This document shows positions 1 to 12,800 of a stretch of DNA of 64,000 bases, piece by piece. The DNA lies in contig CM060731.1 in the NCBI GenBank assembly GCA_030704615.1, forward strand, positions 35,712,001 through 35,776,000, read 5' to 3'. This DNA is from Takakia lepidozioides (lineage: Eukaryota > Plantae > Bryophyta). The notes beneath the pieces were generated by a model. The model did not search any database, was not told where the DNA came from, and saw only the letters and a program-made list of their open reading frames with translations. How positions within the stretch are numbered: the stretch's first letter is position 1; each line of letters begins with the position of its first letter. Both the position numbers and the translations under genes were made by a program.

Positions 1-3000
1 AACGGGGTGCAGCAACAGTGCCTGGTCCTTCGATGGAAACAAGGAAGCACTGATGAGGCGCATTTCTCAGCCATTTGTATCCTCTTTAAACTTTTTCTTA
101 TCCAACATTTATTTTAAAGTGGTTTCACAGATTTCAAACTCTTGTTTGACAGCAATGCTCACTCTGGCGGCATTTCTGTCAAGGCTGTTTAGGTCATGTG
201 TTTACACTTTGGCTGATATCAAGGATATATGAGAATTTGGAGCGTCAACTGATGACAGACATGATATATTCTCCCAACCATGTCACACATCTTTTGACAG
301 AAAGGATATGCAGATGAGAGGACTGCTTAAAGGGTTTCCTTATGAATATTCATCTTGAATGGCGCATTCTCACGCCTTGTATCCTCTGTAAACTTTTTCT
401 TATCCAACATTTTATTTAACATGGTTTAAACAGTTTCTAAACTCTGTTGACAGGCCATGCTCACTTCGGCGCATTCTCACGCCTTGTATCCTCTGTAAAC
501 TTTTTCTTATCCAACATTTTATTTAACATGGTTTAAACAGTTTCTAAACTCTGTTGACAGGCCATGCTCACTTCTGGCGGCATTTCTGTCAAGGCTGTTT
601 AGGTCATGTGTTACACTTTGGCTGATATCAAGGATATATGAGATTTGGAGCGTCAACTGATGACAGACATGATATATTCTCCCAACCATGTCACACATCT
701 TTTGACAGAAAGGATATGCAGATGAGAGGACTGCTTAAAGGGTTTCCTTATGAATATTCATCTTGAATAAATTGCATAATGAAACAGTGTTGACAAGTGA
801 AGTGTAACTAATGAAACTCTGCAAGTGAGAGGGAGAGAAGTGAAAACAATGTCCTAGTATATTGTCCATTTTATTACCAAATTTCTATCCAATATATAGT
901 GTATGAGTGTAGCACTTGACTTTTGGCTCATACAAGTTCCTCTTCGGCGCGTCCCAACTATCACATTGATTGGACTCAATGGTGTATTGCTTCATCAGTT
1001 GGGTATGTCCCTAGGCTCTTAAAACTTAATTCTCTCTCCTTATCCATGTCTGATGCAATGCTTCTGAGTTGTATGTCTGATCTGCATTCGTTAGTACATC
1101 ATGACAAGTAGTGTTTTGGAGGTTATCGATCCTTATTGACGTTGCAATGTTCTAGGACTTAAATTTGTTCACCCGCAAGTTACTGTAAAAAACCCAGCAT
1201 ACTTTTTCCCTCTCTCTCCATGCCCAAAGAGCAGGTATAAGAAATTTTGCATGATTTTAGTTTTGATTTTCTTAGCTCTAAAAGGTGATAGTGTGCATTT
1301 GTGAGTTGAGATTTGTCACTGGATGCATATGAAACAGAGGGCTACATGACTGTTGAGGAGTTTTTAGTGGCTCTACAGCAGGCTTCAGTCACTTTCAATG
1401 CTCAGGTTTGCTTCCAGCCAGCTTGATGCCATATTACCATATTCGCTCTGCTTTGAGCAAAGAAATCCTTCTTCTCTCTCTTGCTAGGCATTGTAAAGTT
1501 CCATTCTTTCTCCTCCTTCCTTGCTTTCCTTTCCTTTCCTCTATGTTCCCTACAGTGGGGTAGCCAAGAGATCCTGGTCCTCCCTTCCTACACTTACCTG
1601 GGCGTTGAGTTCTCCTCCAATTGTAATTGGGATGCACATATCCGGAAAGTTGTTCAAACTGGCAAGGGCAAAGCTCTGGGGCTCACTAATTTTTTCCACT
1701 GCAGAGGGGTCAACTCTGAGGTTAAGAAAACCATGCTTTGTCGCGTTATTAGACCTGCCTTGGAGTACGGATCTGCTATATGGGTTGATAACTCCAACCA
1801 GGCTAAGTCTCTAGAATCCATTCAAGTGGGGGTGCTTAAGGAGTGTATGTCAGCATGCTCCAAAACAGCCAATGTGGCTGTTCGGGGTGAGTTTGGCGTT
1901 CCGTCCTTAAGCTCCCGACGAGATGAATTCAAGGTCAGATGGTGGGGTCAGCTGCAACATATGCCCAACACCAGATATCCTAAGTTAATCGACTCTATAT
2001 CTTGGAAACAGGACCGCCCTGTTAAACAGGCTAAGTCCTGGGCAGAAGAGAGTAGAAGAGATCCTCAAGGACCTGGACCTGGATCCGCAAGTCTTGACCC
2101 TGCTGGATAAATCTGACTTAGAGGCTGTAGTGTCCTCAGCCATGTCTGTTGCCATGAGATTGTCTGATGAAAATGAAGTTAGGCAGAAAACTTCCCTGAA
2201 CTTGTTTCCAGTCTGTGACATGGGGGAGGACATCTTGGATGACCTCAAGGGTCTACCCACTCTCGGCACTAGACTGAAATTAAACTCAGAGCAGGAAGCC
2301 TACCTTTGAACAGCAAACAGAAGCAGAGAGGAAAGGGAGAGTGCAATTGCCCGTTGTGTGGGCAATCTGAAGACAGTATTCATTTTCTGATACACTGTCC
2401 GGGGTTCTCTCACCAAAGAGACGCTCTCTTCAAATCTATTAAGGGAATTGTGCCTGTACCCCTGTTTACCAACTTTGAAAGTCTCGAGGCTGAGCCAAAA
2501 GCTCAGGCCCTCCTGAGGCCTAGTTTTTGGGCTAATCACACACAGCAGATTGATGCTTGTGTGAAGGGATTTCTAGAGGATATCTGGAAAACCCGGATTA
2601 ATTCTTTATATGGAGGTAAGTCTTACTACCAACGTCAGCCCCTGACAGAGGTAGGTTCTGTCCCTTTTGTTCCCGCTCAAACCGGGCGCGGGGTCAATGG
2701 CCACAAGGCTACGGCAAACAACGTCTTATGAGTACAATATGTTCCCTACAAACTGGCCATAGAGTTACGGCCAGAATGCTCATGCAAAGCAAGTCTAATA
2801 GTAACTCCAACTGTGGCCACCTCTCTATTGGGAACGCTTTTTGTCACAAATCTCGTTTAGGCTAAGGGAGCAGTTTGCTAACAAACTCAAGTGGGAGAAG
2901 AGCCTTGAAGGATTTAAGTGCTTCCCCATTCACTGGTCTTGGTAGAAACTGAATGGAATTTGGGCAACAATGCACCAGTAAGGGCAAGATGCCGAACCGT

Positions 3001-5353
3001 TGTTGAGGGGCCTGTATACCATGCTGGAGCTTGACTGGAAATTGAGGTGGTTTCTCAGTAGCTGGTGGGTCTCTGCTTCCACGTCCTGTAAAAAAGTACT
3101 TCCTTTACTTCTGAATGTGTGGTACTCAAACAGTTGGAGAGGGCAGCTGCAAGTACCATGGTCGCAATGCTGTCTTCTGCCAGCATGTCTCCTGCAAGTC
3201 CATCTTCCCCATCTACATTGCCGCAACGTCCATCTCCACTGTCAGGTTAGGTGGCAGAGGTCATTTTGTTGGTTATTAGCTGTGTGGAGCACTGTCTAGG
3301 AGAGGCATGTGGTACTTTGCATCAAGTTGAATACAACTGTGCCGCTATTGATGATGAGCTCATGTATTAGCCATAATATCTGGGCTGTTTTATATGCTTT
3401 TGAAATGTTGATCCTAAGAACTGCAGTGTTGGTGTGTGTAGGAGTCCTATAGAACCCTCTGTAGTGAATGGGTTCTTACTTCCTAATCACCTACCAATTT
3501 TACAACTTTTCCAGGTCATTCACTCCATTCAAGTGAACAAGGCCAAGCAAGTGACGCCAGGCATGCTAGTGGATCAACTCCACCTGGTCCAGCACAGACC
3601 CTTATCCCTCGAGACACAGAAAATCCCACTAGTGCAGTGACTTTATCAAGCGAAGTAGTAGAGACACAAATGGAAGATGATTCCCAGGATGTGGAGTCCT
3701 CATGTGTGTTGGGGAGCACTGTGACTTCAGAGCCTCTTCCAGAGGCACCGGTGGGCTCCTCTAGAGCCTCAGGTCTTCAGCAAGGGAAATCCAGTGGAAG
3801 GCCTGAAGCAAGCATAGATACCTCTAGTTTGTCAAATTTGAACTCAGAATGTTTTTCACCACAAGAGGAAGATCGTCACAGCCAGGTCGTGGCTGTGGAT
3901 AGCCAGGTGAAAGTCGGAAAGAAGAGGAGTTCTAAGGGGCTTCATAGTGAGCTCTCATCCAGGAAGGAGATGTACGACAAGAGGGGCCCTTTTTTATTGC
4001 AGATACGACTGACAAATGGTGAAACCATCCAGGGGACGTTTGAATCCTTGAATGTGCTGAATGACGTGAAGGAATATGTGGATGCCAACCGCACAGATGG
4101 GAGGACTGGCTACTGTCTTGCTGTCCCATTTCCACGTAAAGTGCTGGCTAATGAAGGTACCTGCCATTATCACATGCACTACACTTTCTATTCCAACCCC
4201 ATTCTGTTTCTCACCCTGGCATCCTTATCGGACCCGGACCAAAAGGCAGTCTCGAAGCATTGGGTCCTGAAGCTATTAATTCCCACAGCTTTCATTGCAT
4301 TTTGTTAGCTCTAGGATTTCCAGTTGTAGTGGATGTAGAGCCATCCATATTGAGGTTTAGATTGGGCCATGTTATGTCCATTGTATCAATGGCTTGGTTT
4401 GTTGTCATTGTAAGGGGATGCATTGGTTTCTGATTTCAGAGGCCCTCCTATAACTGTTAGCACTGCATTATGTAATACTGTAATGTAAATCTCTGCAACA
4501 TCGCACAAGAAACTGGTATGTTTTGCAATGAGGTTTTGGTCCAGTAGTCTACAGGATATAATTCAATTCTATGACTGAGAATGTACCATTGCCAGTTTTT
4601 TCATGGATTATGAGGTCTGTTGAGGCCTGTGCATCCGTAATGCAGATTTGTGGTTTTTTCTACGGTGATGAACCTGAGTATAATCCTTTGTGAATTGTGG
4701 GCAATGATGTGTCTCCATGTAAGTGCAGATTTTCAGAGAACGCTAATTGAGCTAGAGCTAGGTCCGCGATCTACTTTAATACTGGTACCTGCCCAATCCT
4801 CTCCACAAGACTGCTCGGCATGTCCACGAGTTTGGAGAAGTCAAGCACCTGCCAGCTCACCACAGAACAGTGCACCTGCAGCTGGTGGCTCTCTCGTGGG
4901 GAAGCTTTTTTCATATATCAATCCATTCACCTACTTTCACAGTGGAGTTTCCGCAGAGAGGCAGGATCTGCCAAGCAGTTCAAGGTGGCAAAACAGTGAG
5001 TTTCTAATGGTGCACATTTGTCTAGTTCAGTTCCCCAGACATTGTCCTGTCTAGGAATGTGCCACAGAAGGTTATCCAGTGTTGACACTACGTAATGTGC
5101 AGATGCCGGTCCTTCCTCGACAAGAGATGGTTCCCAACTAGTTCCACCAGTTCGTCCCCCATACAACACAGGAGGGTCACTCAGGGGGGATGACACTGCG
5201 GCTGGGAGCTTGAGTCAGAGGAAAGCTTGGGGGGTTGGTGGGAATGTTCATACACTGCGCCATGACGATGATGAAGCCCACACCAGAGGTAATATGTATT
5301 GGAATGGGAACTCTACCCAATTTGGTGGAGACAGTGATTCTAAAGAAGACTGA
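1..5353 (+). CDS. PUX11: Plant UBX domain-containing protein 11 (UBXN4-like), 5'-truncated by the window edge, multi-exon
   Basis: Exons ~1-76 (NGVQQQCLVLRWKQGSTDEAHFSAI), 937-1002 (FPLRRVPTITLIGLNGVLLHQL), ~1338-1405, ~3134-3245, ~3515-4157 (UBX: LLQIRLTNGETIQGTF...YVDANRTDG...LAVPFPRK), ~4729-4996 (LIELELGPRSTLILVP...SYINPF), ~5104-5353 ending NVHTLRHDDD...YWNGNSTQFGGDSDSKED*. The last motif is the characteristic PUX11/UBXN4 C-terminus. Internal exon edges are approximate. Confidence 0.85.
57..768. repeat. Local tandem duplication (~300-bp unit twice plus a ~107-bp partial copy)
   Basis: 57-360 recurs at ~468-768, with a partial copy at 361-467. Each copy starts at ggcgcatt/ggcggcatt and the copies differ mainly by 1-nt indels. 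Confidence 0.85.
77..936 (+). other. Probable U12-type (minor spliceosome) GT-AG intron in PUX11
   Basis: Donor GTATCCTCTT at 77, branch-like CACTTGAC at 913-920 only ~16 nt before the AG at 935-936, no long polypyrimidine tract. Splicing keeps the frame (FSAI-F-PLRRVP). Confidence 0.65.
1555..2737 (+). mobile_element. 5'-truncated non-LTR retrotransposon (RTE/RTEX-like) in a PUX11 intron
   Basis: RT C-terminus (YTYLGVEF, RPALEYGSAIW), then CPLC..H...C zinc finger, frameshifted. 13-bp TSD tatgttccctaca at 1542-1554 and 2738-2750. Confidence 0.85.
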
Positions 5354-5699
5354 GCTCGGCCTAGTGTTGGTGTCTATGTTCTTGTTGGGAAGCTCTCAGC
5401 ACAGTAATGTCCATACTCTGAACTCCCTTTTGTTAACTTATGGATGGTCCTCAATGGAGAAGCTTAGTTGGATTCTCCAGTAAGGTCTTCAGTACTGAGA
5501 GGTTGGCCCACACAACACTGGTATAACCTTAGTAGGGTATCTAGTTCAATTATTCTTGGTAAGGTTGGTGTATCTCCACAAGTTCAGGTATTTTCAAGTC
5601 CTCCAGCTTAAGGATATGTTAGGATGTAGACCTTTCATGTTTAAAGGACCTCCCATGACAACAATGGCATACCCCCTGGCTATTTCCCATTGGGCTTGT

Positions 5700-5857
5700 C
5701 GGAAAACTCAGATTAATTGTCTGTTCCAAGGTAAGTCATACTAAAAAATGCGTCAGCCTCTGACAAAGGTAGTTTCTGTCCCTTTGTGTTCCGCTCAAAC
5801 TGAGCGTGGGGTCAATGGCCACAAGGCTACGGCAAACAACGTCTTATGAGTATATTC
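5700..5857 (+). mobile_element. Short 3' fragment of the same LINE family
   Basis: Matches ~2587-2734 (…GGGGTCAATGGCCACAAGGCTACGGCAAACAACGTCTTATGAGTA). 17-bp TSD tttcccattgggcttgt at 5683-5699 and 5858-5874. Confidence 0.85.
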
Positions 5858-6439
5858 TTTCCCATTGGGCTTGTTGATGTTGCCAGGATAGAGATTCTAT
5901 AGCCACAAATGTCATCACGCCAGACTTAGGAGTGGATGTCTGAAATTTGTGGCAGTCTCATTGTGTTTGAATCCAAAGGGGGTCAGAACTCAGAACCTGC
6001 ACAAAGAACATTTGGTCATGGTTTTGTGCATGGGTTTTCTGAATATTATCTGCAACTATGTGAGCCTCATCTGCACATCCATTTGAAGTAAAGCGTGTGG
6101 TATTTTGCCTGAGTTTCTGTTGTGCAACGGATGTTAGTTTCATCATGTTTTCCACAACCTCTTCAGAAAGGTATCACTGGAATTTGTTACTTCATTTCTT
6201 CATTGAAGTAGATGGCTCCTTGCACCTGGTTCATGACAACTAATTTACTTTGCACTCCTATGTACGATATGTCTTTTCACCACAAGCAACACAGACAGAA
6301 CTCCTAGTCCAGGATGGTATGGTTGCATTGACAGTTTGCCGGCGCATCCACTCTTACTCTTTGATTGCTCTAACAGATTGGCTTCTGGGATGGGTTTCAG
6401 GGCCTCGGTCTGGCTATCTTCAGCCTTTATAGCAGCTGA

Positions 6440-8136
6440 GCTTAGTCCCATTCTCCCATCTCTTTCAAATCAGGTTTTGTACTCTGCCTCTGGGGCAATA
6501 GATCCCCTTTCCCCAGACCCTGCTTCCATCTTCTGGTTGTCCCCTGAGACGAAACTTCTCTGGTACAGGAAGGTTCATAGGCTCACTTTTGATCCTGGGG
6601 AATGGAAATGGAAGGCTGAAATATATGTCCTTTCTTCGTTGCCTACTCAACTTAATCCCTCTGTGATGCTTGGTTTTGAGCTTGGTGGAGGTGCGGCTCT
6701 CCCGCAAGGCTCTCCCACAAAGCTCTAGAGATGAAAGAGTGTAGTTCAAGATGTACACTACTCCAAAGAATGGATTCTTTAGTAGAGACAAAACCTGAGT
6801 TTGAGGCTAGCCTGTCGCAAGCGAATCCGCCATAGAAAAAGTGGAGACTCTTCCCCATTGAATCATACATAACCACCCTCGCAAGTAGAAAGGTCAAAAA
6901 AAGAATAAAACGGGTGCCTAAGGCGGAGAAAAATAAGCAGCAGCAACAGGACCACGGCACACAAAATTCGGGAGGTCCCAATTCTGGACAAGCTTTTTTC
7001 TTACCTGATGACTGAGGAGCGCAAGGCTTGGGTTTCTTTGCAGGTGCAGCGTCGAAGGTCTCACTACCTTCGACCTAACCTGGGCAAAAGACAATCGCCG
7101 CACCCGCCACTCTGAATCACTTGGAACGATGGGATCCCAAGCCAATGGGAAGTCTCCAGGTGAAATGGATGACCCTGAGATAAATGGCGCCATCAGAAGA
7201 TGCGCATCTCTAAGGCCAAAAAAACAGCTTGATTTTGATGGCCTCTAGTTTACTTTCCTTCCTCCCCCCCTCTGCTCTCTCCTTTAGTCTCGAGGCTGAG
7301 CCGAAAGCCCAGGCCCTCCTGAGGCCTAGTTTTTGGGCAAATCACACACAGCAGATTGATGCTTGTTTGGAGGGATTTCTAGAGGATATCTGGAAACCCG
7401 GGATTAATTCTATATATCAAGGTAAGTCTTACTACCAACGTCAGCCCCTGACAGAGGTAGGTTCTGTCCCTTTTGTTCCCGCTCAAACTGGGCGCGGGGT
7501 CAATGGCCACAAGGCTACGGCAAACAACGTCTTATGAGTACACTCTCTCCTTTAGCCTGCTGCCTTCCCGTTTTTTCTCCTCTTCTGCAATTCCTCCCTT
7601 CTATCTATGGTTATCTAACAAATGTGTCTACCTCTGTTTGCTGTGAAAAAAAATAAAAAATCTATGGTTTTTTTTTTTTTTAATCAACAGGGTAAACTTT
7701 TTCAAGGCCACTGTCCTCTGTTAAAAGCAAAAAACAAAATTGAAAAAATTCTGGAGGTCCACAACCTACACCCAGGGGCGTGAGTCGCAAAACCCTTTGA
7801 TGCTCCTAAGCGTAAGAGGGGTAGTATGTAGCCTGCAGTTTAGTCTGATCAGGGAGTGTTCTCCTGTTTTGGTTCTCTTCTTCTCTTACTTCCCTTCCTT
7901 GTTTCTTGACCTGCCCTGGCTGTAGGCTTCTTCTTGCTTGGATAGCTTATGATGCCTTAAGCTGGTCCCGGTGCTGCTCTCCTTCTAGCTTTCTCCTGCT
8001 GTGTTCTTGCTGCTGGTACTGTGGCTCGAAGTGGAACCTCGGTATTCTGCCTTCATGGCCTTTTGTAAGCTTATTTTTTCCTTACCTTTTACAGGGCTCA
8101 ATCCCCCTGTTCTCTTAAAAAAAAAAAAAAAAAAAA
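6440..8136 (+). mobile_element. Degenerate L1-like remnants with A-rich 3' ends
   Basis: ORF 6336-6728 contains WYRKVHRLTFDPGEWKWK, which resembles the post-RT region of plant L1s. A-tails at ~7724-7740 and 8117-8136. Boundaries uncertain. Confidence 0.3.
7288..7542 (+). mobile_element. Third 3' fragment of the same RTE/RTEX-like LINE
   Basis: Near-identical to ~2482-2736. 13-bp TSD ctctctcctttag at 7275-7287 and 7543-7555. Confidence 0.9.
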
Positions 8137-8654
8137 CGCTAAGGACGAAAATTTCATTGATAAGTATACCAGGCCTCTTTGTCTCTTTGTACGCCATGCG
8201 ACGCTCTGCAGGCCGTCTTGGTTGATGTGCTCCAGATCACTGTGAGTGTAGGTGAACCAGATTTTCAGGAGACAGGCTACGCCGTGAGCGGATGACGTGA
8301 GCGTACTCACGCTTTGTGGGCAAGGCTTCCACGACAAAATGAAAACCAATCGCACTGACGCAAAGCGATCCAAAGTTTATTACAGCTATGGACTACACCT
8401 CATGTCGTTACCCTGAGATTCTCATCGGAGAATTCGTATACTGGAACACTCAATGTAGGGAGACCATTTCTGCAGAATTTCAGAAGAATTTTGATAATAA
8501 GCAGTCATCAGCTGGCTGGGCTACAGCTAAACGCTGTTTGAACGCACAAGTCTGTGTACGAGATCTCTCCAAGGGATGTAGGTACTAGGAAGCCGCTGCT
8601 ACATACTGTTGTTGAGGTTTTTCTTGTAACATCAATCTCGTGCATCGCTTAGAA

Positions 8655-9678
8655 ATGGCGGTTAAACAGAGAATCGTGAATCCTGATCCATGCCCAACTC
8701 TTCGAAGGTTGAGATTGTGGAATCTAATATGGGTACTGGCTTTCCAGTTCTTCAGTAGAGGCGTCAACGCGCAAGGGCCCTCGGTGTGCCAAAAACTAGA
8801 GCCATCGCCGCATTTGAAGAAGTTTGTAGATGAGTTGCCCATACTTCCAACCATTGATGTGACTACTGGGAAATAGCTGATCATCGGAGTATACAAATTC
8901 ACGCAGGTGAGGTTTCAAAATTGTTGATAGCTGCGGCTGTTGCTCATTGAGTGTTTGCATATACCTATTTGTTGGTCACTCCTTTCCTCATTGTCGTGTT
9001 AGTATTGAGTTTGTATGAAGAAGCGGCTGTGGGGAATTAAGACTTTCTGTCTTGTTCTTTCAAACCTCTTGCAAGCACGTACCTGCATAGTTATGGATTC
9101 AGGAAAACCAATCCCACATTCATCATGGTTGTCTGACTGGCCAATCTCTCTTCGATCGTGCCAGTAATCTTGAATTTGGCTATATATATGCTAGTGACAA
9201 TTTTTCTCTTTGCACATGATGGTTGTTGGTTGGTAGCTGAGAGACGATAACTTGGTCACAGAGTCTGCTGCAGAACATACTGATTTGACATGTTGCGGAT
9301 TGCAGAAACTGCACAGAGACCTTCCTCCCACCACTTTGTATGGGTTCGGCACCAGTCAAGCAACTGCCAATTTTCCAGGCCCAACTCTAAACGCAGAGCG
9401 ACATACTCCAAGCTACGTTCGTTGGGAGAATCACATCCTCGACGAGAAGCATATGCTCGCTGTTGATAGAACTCTTCACTGGGCTAATCCGAAACGAGGA
9501 GGAGTGCCCATTGTTGTGCATCGCCACGGCGGTGAAACCGAAAGCACTTCAGACGGTCACCCAGATGCTTGGTTCACAGCCAAGGGAGATCATGGATACG
9601 CTTTCACAACTCAAAATTTCACTTATCCCAATGCACAGCGCCCGACTATGCTTTGGTACCATGATCACACTGTGGGCC
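8655..9678 (+). pseudogene. LPR1: Multicopper oxidase LPR1/CotA-type, truncated pseudogene
   Basis: Exon 1 has a hydrophobic signal-like stretch and LKKFVDELP, with an in-frame TAG at 8874-8876. Exon 2 ~9307-9678 has KLHRDLPPT, VVHRHGG (copper motif), SDGHPDAWFT and LWYHDH. Homology stops abruptly at ~9678 and no further exons were seen. Confidence 0.8.
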
Positions 9679-10299
9679 CCAAGACCCACCATTTCCAAAT
9701 CAATAGTGGAGTGGCCATGACCCCACTAAATTGCAGGACCAACTGATTTTTTCACCTATGGTTGCTATGCATGCAATTACATGGGGGTTGAAATCTCAAA
9801 ATTGACAAGAGAAAATGTGCCTCCAAATGAAGTATTTTGTTTTCTAAAAAAAATTTAAAAGCTAACGGTGGATGTGTGTATGTAATGCTCACACACCACA
9901 AGGTGAAGTGTTTTTTCCAAAATTGCTAATTTTCTGCCAAAAATGGCCTTTGGAGTGCAATCTGTTTTGGGCTTGTTTACCTGCCACGTCAGCGGTCAAC
10001 AGCCCTTTTCAGAAAACGTAAATTAAAGATCTAAGATATTTTTTGTAAGTAGCAGCTTTTGTTTTTTTTTTAATTTTGTTTTTTTCATCATACTCGAGAC
10101 AAATCCCTTGTCATTAAAGCTTTAGGAGTGGGCCCCATCAGATTAGATCTGCAAAAATTAGGTCGAACTGCAAATTCAAATGACCCTATTCAGGTCGCTT
10201 GGGAACTTAAGGGTTAACAAAGAGAAATCACACTATTCTTTTTTTTCTTTTAAAATAAAAGGGGATGGAGGCCCATGTTACTCAAATTAAAAGAAGCGA

Positions 10300-12800
10300 G
10301 GAAAAAATAACCTCAACGGGGCCATAAGGCAATAGAGTTGTGGGGATCTTCCCATAGCAGCCAGAATGGGCAGAGTCTAATTAGGCAGGTGCATGGGGAG
10401 CGGGTACATGCCATGGTGGTATATTATGGTCTGGTGGGCGGCCTTGATAGGTACCGGCGTTAACGAGGGAGTACCATGTGGTTTCAGCACGGCTGAGAAA
10501 GAGTTTATGGATGTGCCATACGGCAAGGTTGCGACGAGTGATATGAAGGCCATGTATGACCAGGTGGGTACATTGACTAAGGAGGTGTGGCCAGGTGTCA
10601 CGCTCATGATGGGTATTTGAACATAATGGGCAGTATGGGGATGGAAAAAAGTGCGGCCAGAAGATATGCTTACGCTAATGGCCCATGTATTGGGCATATC
10701 TGAATTTGAGTGTTTGTCGGATTTGTGCATCAGTAGCGGCTTTGGTATTCCAGAATTAATTTGATAGCTTGTGGTGGAGCACTGTAGACTAAGTCCATTT
10801 TTGAATGTGTACTTTGGTATGGCTTAGAGAAGCTGCAGCTTCTTTGTTAGCTTCACGGGTGAGAGTGTTCATGAGATTCCGAATCGACCGGGGCATGTGG
10901 GGTCTGGGACTGGGTGTATGAGCCAGAAGGGGTGGGCGTGGGCGATGTGGATAAGGTCGTCTATGGGATTCACTGGGTACAAAGAGGCGCCTTCCTCGGC
11001 AAGCAGATCCGCTTCCTCATTTCTTTGAATGCCGGTGTGTGAGTGAACTTTAAGGAAGTGGATGGGGTATCCTTTGGAGATAGCGAGGTTGACGATGGCT
11101 GTGATGAGGTTACGGTATGGGTGATGAAAATGGGAGGATGGGCGGGAGATGTGGTTCCGGATAAGGAAAAGTGAGTTAAGGCTGTCAGTGAAGATATAGT
11201 ATGGGGGAGTAAAAGCTGCGTCTAGTAAGGATAGTGCTTCGAATATGGCCATGAGTTCTGCACGTAGTATGTTGGCAGGGCCAGGAAGTCTCAGGGCAGT
11301 GCCTTGGTTGGTGGCGGCATGGTAGACGCCGTAACCGGCAGTTGGTTTGGTAAGATAACCGCCAGTATAGTGGGAATTATGAGGGGTGTATCTGAGGGGG
11401 ATCTTTTGTCGGTAAATTGAGGGTAGAGGGGATGTGGGTATTGGCGGGGGGGGGGGGCCTGGGAGGGACGCGGACGCACCAGTAACCAAAGCCTTGTTTA
11501 GTTTGATTGTGGGGGATGCGGCTGATGTGTCATTACCGGAAGACGTGGGTGAGCGGTAGATAGTTGGGTGGTGGGTGTCAGCCTTCATTTTGTGGGCCCT
11601 GGTGAGTAGATGGTTTAGTTGGCTCAAGAAGGGGATTGGTATATTGGCGGGGAAGAGTCTTGGACATGTAGGATTAAGGTCAAAGTTAGTTCCTTTTGTC
11701 GGAGGTATTTAGGGAGAGGCGGCGTATGTACGTATTTAAGCTGGTTTGGTTCGATTGTGGCTAGCAGGTTGACCCTTGCAGGAAGGCGTAGAAGAGGGTG
11801 AGAGTCATTAGGTGCATTTTTTTTAGTATGAGGACGGTGAGAGCAAGAGGGGATGATTGAACGGCGAAGCGGGCCCACTAGAGAGCCTCATGCGTAGGGG
11901 TGCCAGATGGAGGGTGGGCAAGGCCTCTGCCAGCCCAGGTATGCTGAGTGGCAGTACATGTGGCGCCAAAGATGCAGTCTCTATGGTGTGGGCTGGCAAA
12001 TGAATGTAGTTCCATAGGGCATGTGAGCGGGCTGGAGTAATATGAGTGTATGAGTTGGAATGAATGTATGAGCAGTGCAAAGATGTCTTGGGGTATAGTG
12101 TTATAGGCGCATGCCATGGTTAATCTGTTAAGGGTACGCGGTTTTTTTTTTGGGGGGGTGTCTTTATGATAACGATCGACAAGCCAGTATAATTCGGTTG
12201 CAAAGTCTTGTTTGGGGGGTCCTGTAGGGTTTGCGTGTTTGTGGATTCAGTGGAGTACTTGCCCCATAGCCAAGCTAGCCTGTCATTAGGGATAAGACCA
12301 ATGAAGCGGCCGTATGGAGCGTAAATCTTGGATAGGCGGGGTCCGATATGAATCATTGGAAGGTCATGGGCGATGTCTTTATCAGGGTTGCATTCAGTCG
12401 TACAAACTCGTATGATGGGGGCAGCTATCGGATTATGTATGTATCGGTTGTTCGTAGGTTGCACAGGAGAGGCGTGTTGTTGGTGAATATGAGTTAGGTA
12501 GTTAGTGTTGGTGGGCAGCACCACATGCTTAGGTCAAATTGGATTGGTTTTTGGCTTGTTGGATGAGGGATGGCAATGTGATGAAGCCCTAGTAATCTGG
12601 CCTCAATCCGAGTCCATCCCCGTACTCAAATCCTCAAAAACGATATGTTTCCCCAATGGGCCGAGTCATGGCCCCACATTCAACACTGGTGTTTTATGGA
12701 TCTGGGGCTGATTGCCCTGGGAATTGGCAGGGCGGGTGCAACATGTGCGCACATAATAAGGGGCCCAAGTTTGAAGGGGGGTGTGAGGATTAAAGAGTGG
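10300..12800 (-). mobile_element. Degenerate non-LTR retrotransposon with RNase H and CCHC domains (Dualen/RandI-like)
   Basis: ORF 10869-11627 has RNase H motifs (RAELMAI, IFTDSLNS, KVHSHTGIQRNEEADLLA). Downstream, in a shifted frame: QTLKFRYAQYMG…YCPLC…DTWPHLLSQC…TRRNLAV. Many stops and frameshifts. Confidence 0.65.
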
